Assembly: GCA_963745025.1 (NCBI GenBank)
Contig: CAVUWD010000011.1
Coordinates: 192,001-256,000 of the forward strand
Direction of reading: 5' to 3'
DNA: 64,000 nt
Source: an uncultured delta proteobacterium
GTDB taxonomy: Bacteria > Desulfobacterota > Binatia > JACPRU01
The position numbers were made by a program, and so were the translations under genes. Under the pieces are notes generated by a model that saw only the letters and a list, made by a program, of their open reading frames with translations, did not search any database and was not told the origin of the DNA. Shown here in pieces: positions 52,815-62,354 of this stretch. Each line of letters opens with the position of its first letter. Position 1 is the stretch's first letter.

Positions 52815-53558
52815 GTCGGAGGGAGAGTGCCACCGGCGAAGCAGGGCGCGCGGAGAAGGTATAAGCATTGGTACCGACGCTTGGTACTGATGGTAGGTTT
52901 GGCCGAAATCGACGAGGAGATCCCGCTCTTCGAGCTTAGTGCCGATAATGATCCATGCAGTCCAGAGCACGTTGAAGAGGAACTGGTCTGTGGAGAAGCG
53001 CGGAGTCGACCAGATGAGCAGAAGCATGAACAGGTAGAGTGGATGACGGACATAGCGATAGGGGCCGCGAGCCACGAAGACAGAGGGCGGCAGGGTGGTT
53101 CCGCGCAAGGCCGCTCTAAGCGGAAGCGTGCCGAATACGTCAAAGCCGCGAAGGGAGCTTACGCCCCACGCGAAGCCAGCAACAGCGAGCAGGGCGATAG
53201 AACCCGAGAGCCAACGGGCTGACTCCGGAAGCCGAAAGAGGAAGCTTGTCGTGGGTTGCCAGGCAAGGACGAGGACAAGGAGGGCGACGCCGGACGCAAT
53301 CGAGTAAAGAGCAGGGAGGTAGGTGCTCCGGACTCGCTTCTCGATGCGTTGCTTGGCGCCGCGCCGGATCATGCCGCTGTGCTGAGTGAAGAAGACGAGG
53401 CAGAGGAAGGTGTCGAAGGCAAGACGTGCAGCGTCTGAGCGAGCGATAGCGACAGGCGATGGTGTGCCAAAGAACAGGAAGTAGACAAAGAGGACGAGCG
53501 AACCCCCGCCGATGCCGACGCTGAGAAGGGCTAGCAGGTGAGTGCCTATGGTCTTCAT
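52809..53558 (-). CDS. Gene-cassette ICMT-family membrane methyltransferase (MddA-like)
   Basis: FFTQHSGMIR, GPYRYVRHPLY, LEERDL..FG..Y..Y...VPMLIP; flanked by GTTGGGC and an attC. Confidence 0.8.
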   Translation of the reverse strand: MKTIGTHLLALLSVGIGGGSLVLFVYFLFFGTPSPVAIARSDAARLAFDTFLCLVFFTQHSGMIRRGAKQRIEKRVRSTYLPALYSIASGVALLVLVLAWQPTTSFLFRLPESARWLSGSIALLAVAGFAWGVSSLRGFDVFGTLPLRAALRGTTLPPSVFVARGPYRYVRHPLYLFMLLLIWSTPRFSTDQFLFNVLWTAWIIIGTKLEERDLLVDFGQTYHQYQASVPMLIPSPRALLRRWHSPSDA

Positions 53559-53585
53559 GGGTGCGCCTTGAATGTTCTTCCCGCC

Positions 53586-53628
53586 GCCCAACGTTGAGGT
53601 CAGCTACGCCGAGCCTCGGGCGGCGTTC
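53586..53628 (-). mobile_element. Right part of an attC site split by IS3 (left part at 54857-54877)
   Basis: Rejoined minus strand: GCCAAAC-ccaatcgtcccagcgaacgccgcccgaggctcggcgtagctgacctcaac-GTTGGGC (64 bp). Confidence 0.7.
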
Positions 53629-53691
53629 TGAAGTTTCCCAGGAAAGTGGACACCGCTACAAGGGTCAACAGGCCCGAAGGAGAGGTGTTCC

Positions 53692-53988
53692 ATGGGAAGG
53701 AAGAGTAGCCGGATCCGGCGCACGTTCACGCCGGGATTCAAGCGCGATGCCGTACGGCTCGTGGTCGAGGAGGGCAAGAGCGCGAGCGAGGTGGCACGCA
53801 ACCTCGGCATCGCACGCAGCCTGCTCCAGCGATGGAAGGATGAGTTCGCGTCGCTCTCGGTGGCGGAAGGCCGTCGCAACAGCGAGCACGAGTGCATCCG
53901 CGAACTCGAGAAGAAACTTCGCGATGTTACCGAGGAGCGAGACATTCTAAAAAAAGCGCTGGCCTACTTTGCGGACGAACAGAAGTGA
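53692..53988 (+). CDS. IS3 OrfA
   Basis: FTPGFKRDAVRLV...EVARNLGI...ERDILKKA. Confidence 0.92.
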   Translation: MGRKSSRIRRTFTPGFKRDAVRLVVEEGKSASEVARNLGIARSLLQRWKDEFASLSVAEGRRNSEHECIRELEKKLRDVTEERDILKKALAYFADEQK

Positions 53989-54823
53989 AGTTTCGCTTCG
54001 TCCAGGACAACCGGGAGACCTTCCGGGTAGGCCCCATGTGCAGAATCCTCGAGGTCTCCAAGAGCGGCTTCTACGCCTGGCTGCGAAGACCACCGAGCGA
54101 TCGTGAGCAAGCCGACGCGGCCCTGGTGGAGCGTATCCGGCTCGTTCATCGAACAAGCCGCGGCGTGTACGGCTCGCCTCGAGTGTACCAGGCGCTGCGA
54201 GATGCGGGCGCGGGGAAACACCGCGTCGCACGGCTCATGCGCCTGGAAGGCTTGCGCGGCCGAGCTCACAAGCGCTTCCGCTTCACCTCCACCAAGCACC
54301 AGGAGTTGCCGGCGGCGCCGAACCTTCTCGATCGACGCTTCAACGCGCGGCCGCCGATATCACCCAGGTCCGCACTCGCGAGGGATGGCTCTTCCTTGCC
54401 GTCGTCCTCGATCTCTTCTCTCGGCGCGTCGTCGGCTGGGCCACCGCACCGCGTCCGGATCAGCGGATCTCGATCGAAGCTCTGCGCAATGCCATCACCA
54501 CCCGCCGCCCGTTGCCGGGTCTCTTGCATCACTCCGATCGCGGCGGCCAGTACGCGAGTGCGGACTACCAGGTCTTCCTCGACCGCCACGGCATGGTCTG
54601 CAGCATGAGCCGTCCCGGGAACTGCCTCGACAACGCCGTCGTCGAGAGCTTCTTCCACACACTGAAAACCGAGTGGCTCTACCACTATCGCTTCACCACC
54701 CGCGCGCAGGCGCGTTTATCCATCTTCGACTACATCGAGGGTTTCTATAACCGGACGCGTCTCCATTCCACGCTCGGCTATCGATCACCAATGGACTATG
54801 AGATTGTCACCAGTGCAGCTTAA
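53985..54823 (+). pseudogene. IS3 OrfB DDE transposase, frameshifted by a small deletion near 54350
   Basis: YGSPR, PNLLDRRF, then the usual PNxxW is missing and ADIT...WLFLAVVLDLFSRRVVGW, HSDRGGQY, DNAVVESFF continue in another frame. Confidence 0.88.
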
Positions 54824-54956
54824 CTGCGTGTCCACTTTTTCGGGGAAAGATCATTCGCTGGGACGATTGGGTTTGGCGTGGATCACTGTGGAGTCATATC
54901 AGGAATCCCAAATCACCTTTGTTTTATCGGACATAACCTTTTCGACGAATTGTGGA

Positions 54957-55036
54957 GAGGATAGCTGGGATAAGCGGCCGACTGACGTAAAGCCTCAATA
55001 TCCGACGCTGCCCAAACACGAGACGCCCCGTTTCTA
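54957..55036. repeat. ~80-bp direct repeat, copy 2
   Basis: Matches 52487-52564; abuts the point where the cyclase fragment breaks off. Confidence 0.9.
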
Positions 55037-55044
55037 CGGTTGCG

Positions 55045-55644
55045 GCCGATCTTTCCTACCACCACCTCACCTGAGTTGAGGCCGATGCGCACACCGAACG
55101 GGATGCCGTGCCGCACGCGCACCTCGTTGGCGTATTCGCGCACAGCATCGCGCAGGCGCAGCTCCGCGTAACACGCCCGCTGCGCATGATCCTCGTGCGC
55201 GATCGGCGCCCCGAATAGCGCCATGATGCCGTCGCCGGTGTACTGGTTGATCGTCCCCTCGAAACGGTGAACACCTTCGCCGAGGATCGCGAAGAAGCGA
55301 TCCATGATCTTGTGCCACTCTTCGGGGTCGATCGACTCCGAGAGCTCCATCGACCCCTTCACGTCGGCGAACAGCACAGTCACCTGCTTGCGCTCGCCTT
55401 CGAGGGCGCTGCGCGAGGTGAGGATCTTGTCCGCAAGGTGACGAGGGGTGTAGCTGGCGGGCGACATAGCGGCGCCGCGGTTCGCCACCGAGTCGGTCAG
55501 GGGGGCGCGACACTTGCGACAGAACTTTGCAGCCGGACGGTTACCGGCGGCGCAGCTCGGGCACGCCACCTCCAGAGGTGCGCTGCACTCTTCGCAGTAG
55601 TGTGAATCGGCAAGGTTCTCGGTCTGGTACTTTGAACAGCGCAC
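55045..55644 (-). pseudogene. Truncated double-zinc-ribbon/class III cyclase (N-terminal part of a DZR-cyclase-AAA-TPR gene)
   Basis: CEEC, CPSC, CRKC; YTPRHLA, GERKQVTVLFADVKGS, QYTGDG; stops resembling the family after GEVVVGKIG. Confidence 0.85.
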
Positions 55645-55652
55645 TGCTTTTC

Positions 55653-58334
55653 CTATGCCCGCCCCTTCAGCCGTGCGAGTCGCTTCTCTACCTCGGTCAC
55701 CTGCGGCCGGAGCTCTTCATCACAATCCTTCCAGAGCTCGAGGAAGCGCGAGTAATGGAAGATCGCCTTCTCGCGGTCGTCGAGCTTCTCGTAGATCTCC
55801 GCGCGACGCAGGTGAGACGGCGCGAGATACGCCCGGTCATAGAGCATCGACTCCTCGAGCGAGGCCAACCAGAAGAGCGCGTCTTGGTCGCGCCCCACGG
55901 CGCGCAGCAACTCGGCGCGAAGATACCGTTCATAGGGCCGAGAGAAGAACGCCGATCGAAATGGCGCCTCCCAGGCGATCTCGAGCCGGGTTTCCTCGAG
56001 GATAACGAGCGCTTCGGCCGGCTTCCCGTCGAGCTGCGCCACCTGTGCGCGCAAGCTTCCGGCGAGAGCGCGAGCGACGGCAGCAACGGTCGGTGATTCG
56101 ACGGGTCGCTCGAGCTCTTCGGCGCTACGGAGCGCGGCATCGCGCTCCCCGAGGCGGATGCTGAGAGTTCCAAGGAGGTAGGAGCGCAGTTGAGCGTGAA
56201 TGCGGTCGTGGGGCGAGAACCAGTCTTCGGTCACCTCGCCTACGGGGCTGGCAGGTGGGCTCCAGCGAGTCACTTCGTCGCGAAGCTTCTCGAGCTCCAC
56301 CCGCGGAAGCGGAAGAAATGGTGAGGCCGCGAGGAGCGCTCGGTATTCGAGTCCGATGCTCGGATCGAGATTTGCCGCGGCCTCGAGCTCGACCTGAGCT
56401 GCGTTCCAATGCCCTTTCGTGAGAGCGAGGTGAGCGAGCTGGACGTGGCCGGTCGTCCGCACGGTCGAGGAACGGACGGGCTCGGTCATCAGCCGCGCGA
56501 GCGCCTCGCTGGCAGGCGCATTGTGCAGCATCTGAGCGAGCGGAGCGCCGCCGAGAGCGTAGTCGCTCGCCCGCCGGAGCTCGGCGACGATCCGTTCCTG
56601 ACTCGCCTTGTCGCCGAATTGGAACGCTTGCAACGTCCGAATGACCAGGGCGTAGTCGCTTCGCGAGTCGAGGGCGAGGTAGCGCCCGATCGACGATGAA
56701 AGCGCCGCCCACTTCTCTTCGGCTTCGTCGAGCTGACAGCTGAAGATCGCGGCGTCGAGGCGTCCGGGATCGAGCGAAAGCTCGTGCTCAACCACGTCGC
56801 GAGCTTCCATGACGGAGCGGCCTCGGAAGGGATTCTCAACCGCCAGCGTCCAACTGAGAACTAACCACGCTTCCCAATCGTCTCGGTAAGCGGCCAGGGT
56901 CTCGCGGGCGCGACGTTCGGTCGCGTCGATGTGTCCGTTGATCCAGTCCGAGACCATCTCGACTAGGAGACGATCATGCTCCGACAGGCGATCTTTGAGG
57001 CGCATCGCGTGCGCTATGGCATGGCGCGACGCCTCGGTTTGCTGGGTATATCCCCCAAGCATGTAGGAAAGGCGGTAGTGGGCGAAGGCGAAATCAGGGT
57101 CGGCGGCGACGGCGCGGCGATAGGCTTCGATGGCCTCGGCGATTCGCCCGGCGCGAAAAGCGCTCTCGCCCTCTAAGAAGGACCTCAAGGCGGGAAACGA
57201 GTGCGTGGTCAACGCCGCCACGCGTGCAAGCTGCTCTCCGGGCCGGCTCAAGCGACCGGCGAGAAGCTCGGCCGCCAGCTGGTCGACAAGGTCGAGAAGG
57301 TGACTCGTTTCGCCCTCGGCGTTCGCCTTCGTCACGACGAGCGCTTTCTCGGCATCGTAAATCGATGCCTCGAGCTGCAAACGACCGGAGATCTCCAGGA
57401 CGCTGCCGAGTACGAAGAGACCTGCGCCGAAATGCTTGGCGACTCGCTGTCCGTGTTCGGGGTCGAGCGTCCAGCCGCCTTCGCGCTTGATGAAGCTCAG
57501 CAGCGAGTGCGGGTCCACCTGCCGGAGTTCCTCGGCGCCGTCGAGCTTGGTGCTGAGGAGTGTGACCATCCCTTCGGCGAGGTAGTCGAGATCCTTCCCG
57601 CCGCTGACGGAGAACGGGAAAACGGCCACGGCGGTCGGCGAGGAGGGCGGGAGATGCTCCGCCGATTTCAGACCCGCGACGTAGCGAGAGACGACCGGAT
57701 AGCTGGCGACGATCCCGAGGAGCGCAAGTCCAACCCCAAGGAGCCAGGCGCGGCGGCGCGTCTTCTCTTCGCGTTCCGCGGATACGCGCGCAGCGGGCTC
57801 GGTGGCTGCTCCCTGCTGGCCGTTCCCCGCCAGCGCATAGACTCGGATCGGGCGGTTGACGTTCTTCAGGCTCTTCTCGCCGAGAAAGGTCGCGCGAATC
57901 TCGGGATGATTGCGAATGTCGTCGTAGACCCTTTCGGAGATGCACACGCCCCCGGGCTTCGCCAGCGCGTGAATCCGCGAGGCGATGTTGACTCCGTCCC
58001 CGATGATTCCCCCATTCGACACGACCACGTCGCCGATGTGAATTCCGATCCTCAGGCGTAGATCGGTGTCGCCGCGAAGCGCTTCCTGAATCTCGCGCGC
58101 ACAGCTCACCGCCTCGACCGCGCTGTCGAAGCTCGAGAGGCTGCCGTCGCCCACGTGCTCGATGAGCTTGCCGTTGAACTTCGGGACGAGCCGACCGAGA
58201 AGCGCACGGCTCCGTTCGAGCACCTGCCGCGCCCGCTGCTCATCCTCACCCATGAGGGCCGTGTAGGCCGCGATGTCGGTGAACATGATCGCGGCGAGCT
58301 TTCGGGTTTCGGTGGGCGTTGCTGGAATCGGCAA
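55653..58334 (-). CDS. Class III nucleotide cyclase-TM-TolB-like-TPR protein
   Basis: MFTDIAAYT, EHVGDG, RIGIHIGDV, GDGVNIASRI, LKNV; one TM; AVAVFPF domain; helical/TPR repeats; YSRFLELWKDCD tail. Confidence 0.88.
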   Translation of the reverse strand: MPIPATPTETRKLAAIMFTDIAAYTALMGEDEQRARQVLERSRALLGRLVPKFNGKLIEHVGDGSLSSFDSAVEAVSCAREIQEALRGDTDLRLRIGIHIGDVVVSNGGIIGDGVNIASRIHALAKPGGVCISERVYDDIRNHPEIRATFLGEKSLKNVNRPIRVYALAGNGQQGAATEPAARVSAEREEKTRRRAWLLGVGLALLGIVASYPVVSRYVAGLKSAEHLPPSSPTAVAVFPFSVSGGKDLDYLAEGMVTLLSTKLDGAEELRQVDPHSLLSFIKREGGWTLDPEHGQRVAKHFGAGLFVLGSVLEISGRLQLEASIYDAEKALVVTKANAEGETSHLLDLVDQLAAELLAGRLSRPGEQLARVAALTTHSFPALRSFLEGESAFRAGRIAEAIEAYRRAVAADPDFAFAHYRLSYMLGGYTQQTEASRHAIAHAMRLKDRLSEHDRLLVEMVSDWINGHIDATERRARETLAAYRDDWEAWLVLSWTLAVENPFRGRSVMEARDVVEHELSLDPGRLDAAIFSCQLDEAEEKWAALSSSIGRYLALDSRSDYALVIRTLQAFQFGDKASQERIVAELRRASDYALGGAPLAQMLHNAPASEALARLMTEPVRSSTVRTTGHVQLAHLALTKGHWNAAQVELEAAANLDPSIGLEYRALLAASPFLPLPRVELEKLRDEVTRWSPPASPVGEVTEDWFSPHDRIHAQLRSYLLGTLSIRLGERDAALRSAEELERPVESPTVAAVARALAGSLRAQVAQLDGKPAEALVILEETRLEIAWEAPFRSAFFSRPYERYLRAELLRAVGRDQDALFWLASLEESMLYDRAYLAPSHLRRAEIYEKLDDREKAIFHYSRFLELWKDCDEELRPQVTEVEKRLARLKGRA

Positions 58335-58400
58335 GAGATCAGGCCTTCACGATCTTGACGTGGCCGACCTGACTTTTCGAGCGGCCGCAGGATGAGCAGA

Positions 58401-58925
58401 TCACAGGTGGAGCTCCTGCGCGACCTGCTCCGCGCGGATCGGCGCGCCAATCTCCGTGAAGAGGCGATACGCCTCGCGAAGCTCGCGCTGGCGGGCGGTG
58501 TCGTCGCCGGTCAGTCGAGCCAGCTCGGCGCGCTCGACGTGGAGGAAGGGCTCGTAGCTCTTCGCGCCCGACATCTCGAGCCAGGCGTCAGCTTGCACGA
58601 TCGTCGCCTCGATCTCTTGCTCCGCCTTGACGCCCCGGCTCCCGCGGAGAGCACGGATCCGGGTGAGCAGAGCCGAGAACTCCCAGAATCGGGTTCCGCG
58701 TCGCCGGCAGACGGCGAGCGCTTCCTCCGCGAGCGCCAGGGCCTTTTCGCGATCACTGAGTCCGAGATGCGCAGCCGCCATCAGCGCGAGCACGCCGCCT
58801 TCGTGGATCAAAAGGCGACGTTCCCTTCCGATCTTCAACGATGCCGCCAGGACTTCGAGCGCATCTCGCCATGCGCCATTCAAGACGTTTGCGAGCCCGA
58901 GGCTGCGGTAGCTCGAGATTCTCCC
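58401..58925 (-). pseudogene. C-terminal TPR fragment of a DZR-cyclase-AAA protein
   Basis: GAKSYEPFLHVERAELARLTGD...ELREAYRLFTEIGA; no upstream domains. Confidence 0.65.
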
Positions 58926-58939
58926 GTGATGGCTCCCCG

Positions 58940-60101
58940 TCCTGCGCTTTGGCCGCTACTGCACTCCTTCCCGAGCCGAGTACAGCTGTCCGAGCAGGAT
59001 TGGCAGGCATACCGTCAAGCCAACGAGGCGTTGGCAACCGTGGCTGCGCGTCTCGTCGGGCCCGAGGACGCGGTGTGGCTCCACGACTACCATCTCTTCC
59101 TGCTTGGTCAGCGGCTCCGCGAGCGAGGCCATAAGGGACCGATCGGGCTCTTCCTGCACGTGCCATTTCCCGCCCCAGACATCTTCTTCATCCTGCCGTG
59201 GGCGGAAGAGGTGCTCGGAGCGTTACTCGCGCTCGACCTTGTCGGGTTCCATACGCCCGGTCACGTGGAGAACTTCCGTCGCTGCATGGCGGCGCTCCCC
59301 GGTACGCTTGTGGGCGACGACGCGATCGAGTACCGCGGTCGGCGCACACACATCGGCGCCTTCCCGATCGGCATCATTCCAGAGGGCTTCCAGGAGCCTC
59401 CGGTGCCCTCGACAGTCGAGGAGGTGGCGAACCTGATGCGCTCCATCGCGCCGAGCCGCCTGGTGCTCGGCGTGGATCGCCTCGACTATACGAAGGGGAT
59501 CCCTGAGCGTCTCGGGGGGTTTGCCCGTCTCCTGGAACTCCATCCGGAATGGCGCCGTCAGGTGTCGCTTGTGCAGATTTCGGTGCCCTCGCGTAGCGAC
59601 GTACCGGCATACGCGGAGCTGCGTCAGCACGTCGAGACCATCGTCGGGCGCACGAACGGCGAGTTCGGCGATGCCGACTGGGTGCCGATCCGCTACCTCT
59701 ATCGCTCCTACGGGCGCAACCAGCTCTCGCAGCTCTACCGTGCCAGCGCCATCGGCTACGTCACACCGCTACGCGACGGAATGAATCTGGTCGCCAAGGA
59801 GTGGGTGGCCGCCCAAGACGCGGACGATCCGGGGGTGCTCGTGCTCTCGCGCTTCGCGGGGGCCGCCGTCGAGCTCACCGACGCCCTGCTCACGAACCCC
59901 TGGTACGCGGACCGTCTCGCAAGCGACCTTGATCGCGCGCTGCGCATGGGGCTCGAGGAGCGGCGCTCGCGCCACAAAAAGCTACTCGCCGCCGTCTCAC
60001 GTACGACCGCGCTCACCTGGGCGGAAGACTTCCTGTCGGCGCTCTTTGCGGCCGGCGCTCGACCCTCGCAGTCCGTGTCGTGCTCGGTGATGCCGAAGTA
60101 G
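58940..60101 (+). pseudogene. otsA: 5'-truncated trehalose-6-phosphate synthase
   Basis: LWPLLH, WLHDYHL, FLHVPFP, GVDRLDYTKGIPER, TPLRDGMNLVAKE, LSRFAGAA; lacks the N-terminal SNR/GGL region. Confidence 0.85.
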
Positions 60102-60150
60102 CCGCGAAAGAACTCGAGCACCGGCAGTAGCGGCAGGGCCTTCCCGCGCA
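60060..60150 (-). pseudogene. Internal AAA-region fragment of a DZR-cyclase-AAA gene
   Basis: GKALPLLPVLEFFRGYFGITEHD. Confidence 0.55.
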
Positions 60151-60780
60151 AGTCGGCCGTGCCCTCAGCTCGATCGTTCGATCGTGTTGGCACGCGCGAT
60201 GCTGTTGTTCCCCGAGATCGCGCGCTACGCGGAAACCAGTCTTCGGAGACCGCACGCGTAGCGGCCAGGCGTCCGCGCTCTCGGCCTTCAGCGACAGCCG
60301 TTTCGTGTCCTGCGATGGCTGGCTGAACACGCCCTCCCAGGCTTCGCTTCGCATCCGGCCGGACTCCCGGGGTGGAGACGTGCTAGGACTCACGCTCTCT
60401 GGGAGTGAATGGCTTGAATTCGGTGACAGTGCCGGAAAACCGAGCGTCGCGCGCATCGCCCTGGCAGGGACGCGAGCGAAGCCTATGCCCAGGAGCTGCC
60501 TCGTTTCGCGACATGCGTGATGCCGAGCACGGAATCCGGACGATCGCTTTTCTCGGATCGAAACATCCATTCTGCTGGCACGATCGGTGCTCTCTCGTAA
60601 TCCTGGGAAGCGTTCGAGGATTTCGCACTTGCCGTGAAGCAGTTCTTGAATGAACTCGGCGGGGGCGTAGCCAGGGCGAGCGCTACCAGTCTGGCGCAGC
60701 CGGTCCGGGCGCTGCCCGAGCAACGCAGCGCAAGCTCGAGCGCGCGGCATTCATAACGGACAAACACACGCACCTGCCCC

Positions 60781-61473
60781 GTGGCGATGGACGTGTTCCG
60801 CTTTCGGCGCTACGGTCGTAGCACAGCCGGCAGGATCATGGCCGGCCTCGGCGTCGGCACACGGGAAATGCAGCGAGCGCCGCTCATCAATCGGCCGGTT
60901 CGCGACTATTTCCAGCTCTGGTCGCCGACGTATGACTTCTCTCCGCTACAGGTGGTCCTTTACCGACCGATACACGCTGCGGTCATGCGGGCGACGGAAC
61001 GTCTGCCGCGCGTCGAAGGTCCGGTGCTCGACCTCGGTTGCGGCACCGCGCGGCTGACCCGCGACCTTGCACGACGCTATCCGAGAGTAGTCGTGGTAGG
61101 GCTCGATATAGCGTCGGGCATGCTGAGCGCGGCACGACAGCGGCTCGGCGCCGAGGCGCCTTCGCTGGTCTGTGGCGACGCCTACTCCCTGCCCTTTGCG
61201 AACGAGTCGCTGGTGCTGGTAGCGAGCACGATCGCGTACCATTGGTTGCTGCGCCCGCATGCGGCGCTCGCGGAACTCCACCGCGTTCTTAAGCCAGGCG
61301 GCTACCTGCTGCTGGGCACGCTGATCGCGCGCTTCTTTCCCGGGACCTGGTTCGGCATGCGGCTTGCGACTGAGCGTATGCACCGGAAGGATCTCGCGGC
61401 GGCGGGTTTTGTCGTGGAATCGTTCCATCGCGTCGGCATGGCTGCCGGGGTATTCACCGCGCGTTCGTTGTAA
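60781..61473 (+). CDS. Class I SAM-dependent methyltransferase (start uncertain, possibly ATG 60868)
   Basis: VLDLGCGT, GLDIASGML, GDAYSLPF, ELHRVLKPGG. Confidence 0.85.
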   Translation: MAMDVFRFRRYGRSTAGRIMAGLGVGTREMQRAPLINRPVRDYFQLWSPTYDFSPLQVVLYRPIHAAVMRATERLPRVEGPVLDLGCGTARLTRDLARRYPRVVVVGLDIASGMLSAARQRLGAEAPSLVCGDAYSLPFANESLVLVASTIAYHWLLRPHAALAELHRVLKPGGYLLLGTLIARFFPGTWFGMRLATERMHRKDLAAAGFVVESFHRVGMAAGVFTARSL

Positions 61474-61549
61474 ACAGTGCTTCGCGCAGATGGCGGCGAG
61501 CATCCGTCACCGCAGTGTTCACACGCCTCGGGCCTCGCAGGTCTCGGTG

Positions 61550-61741
61550 GCGAGGATCGGGGGATGCGGAACGCTCGGTCGATGCTCCCAGCGGCCTGCC
61601 GCAGCCGTTGCAGAACTTCTGCTTTGCGGGATTCGCCTTTCCGCAGGAAGGGCAACTCAGTGTGCCGGCCAAAGGAGCGGCGCATTCGCCGCAGAAGCTC
61701 GCATCAGCAGGATTTTCAAAGCCGCAGGCTACGCACCGCAT
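61550..61741 (-). pseudogene. Isolated double-zinc-ribbon N-terminus of a DZR-cyclase gene
   Basis: CVAC..FCGEC..CPSC..FCNGC..SPDPR, then unrelated sequence. Confidence 0.75.
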
Positions 61742-62024
61742 CGAGGGCCACTCGGGAGGCCAAAGCGAAGGAACCGTAGACCCGGGGGCCAGCTACACGC
61801 AAGGGACCGCGACAGGGAAACCCGGGGAGACCAGAGGACGGCGAAGGTCTCCGCGAACGATCGGACTCGGAGTGCGCGGTTAAACTCAAAAGTGACCTAG
61901 CACTCTCCCGCGCTCGCCCAATCCACGAGTCGTCCTCCACTTCGTGGGACGACAATCCTGGCAAGTGTTTCTGCGTTTTCTCATCCAGGACCTTGCGTCG
62001 CTAGCAGCTAGCGGGTGATCTGCC

Positions 62025-62093
62025 CGATCTTGGACTTCTAAAAGCCGAGGCGTAGAACTTCGCCGCCTTCTCCGCCTGGTCGTCGAAGACGAG
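62025..62093 (-). pseudogene. VOC/PhnB-like N-terminal remnant
   Basis: LVFDDQAEKAAKFYASAF. Confidence 0.5.
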
Positions 62094-62354
62094 AGGCCGG
62101 ATGTCGGCCGATACGAGCGCGCTTGAGGACGCGAGCACGCACGCGGGTCAGCGGCGGGTCGACGGCCGACTACGTGCTTCGTGACGGGGCCAAACGCCTC
62201 GATCGCGTGCAGCTTGTGACTTCTCGCCCCGGCTTCTGGTCAGCTGCAGTCGGCGCGCCCGACACCATCATCTACTTCACGCCAACCAAGAGCACGCGTG
62301 GTCGACGTTCGGCTCACGAGAAGATGCGGCGCTTCGGGATCGCGTGATCTCGCG

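Larger units (their letters stand above)
53629..54853 (+). mobile_element. IS3-family insertion sequence (defective)
   Basis: TG...CA ends; IRL TGAAGTTTCCCAGGAAAGTGGACAC / IRR TGATCTTTCCCCGAAAAAGTGGACAC; 3-bp TTC target duplication; A7G slippery site at 53949-53956. Confidence 0.95.

Noticed and set aside
58392-60101. 569-aa novel OtsA fusion
   Set aside because: The N-terminal ~180 aa are the antisense of a TPR fragment
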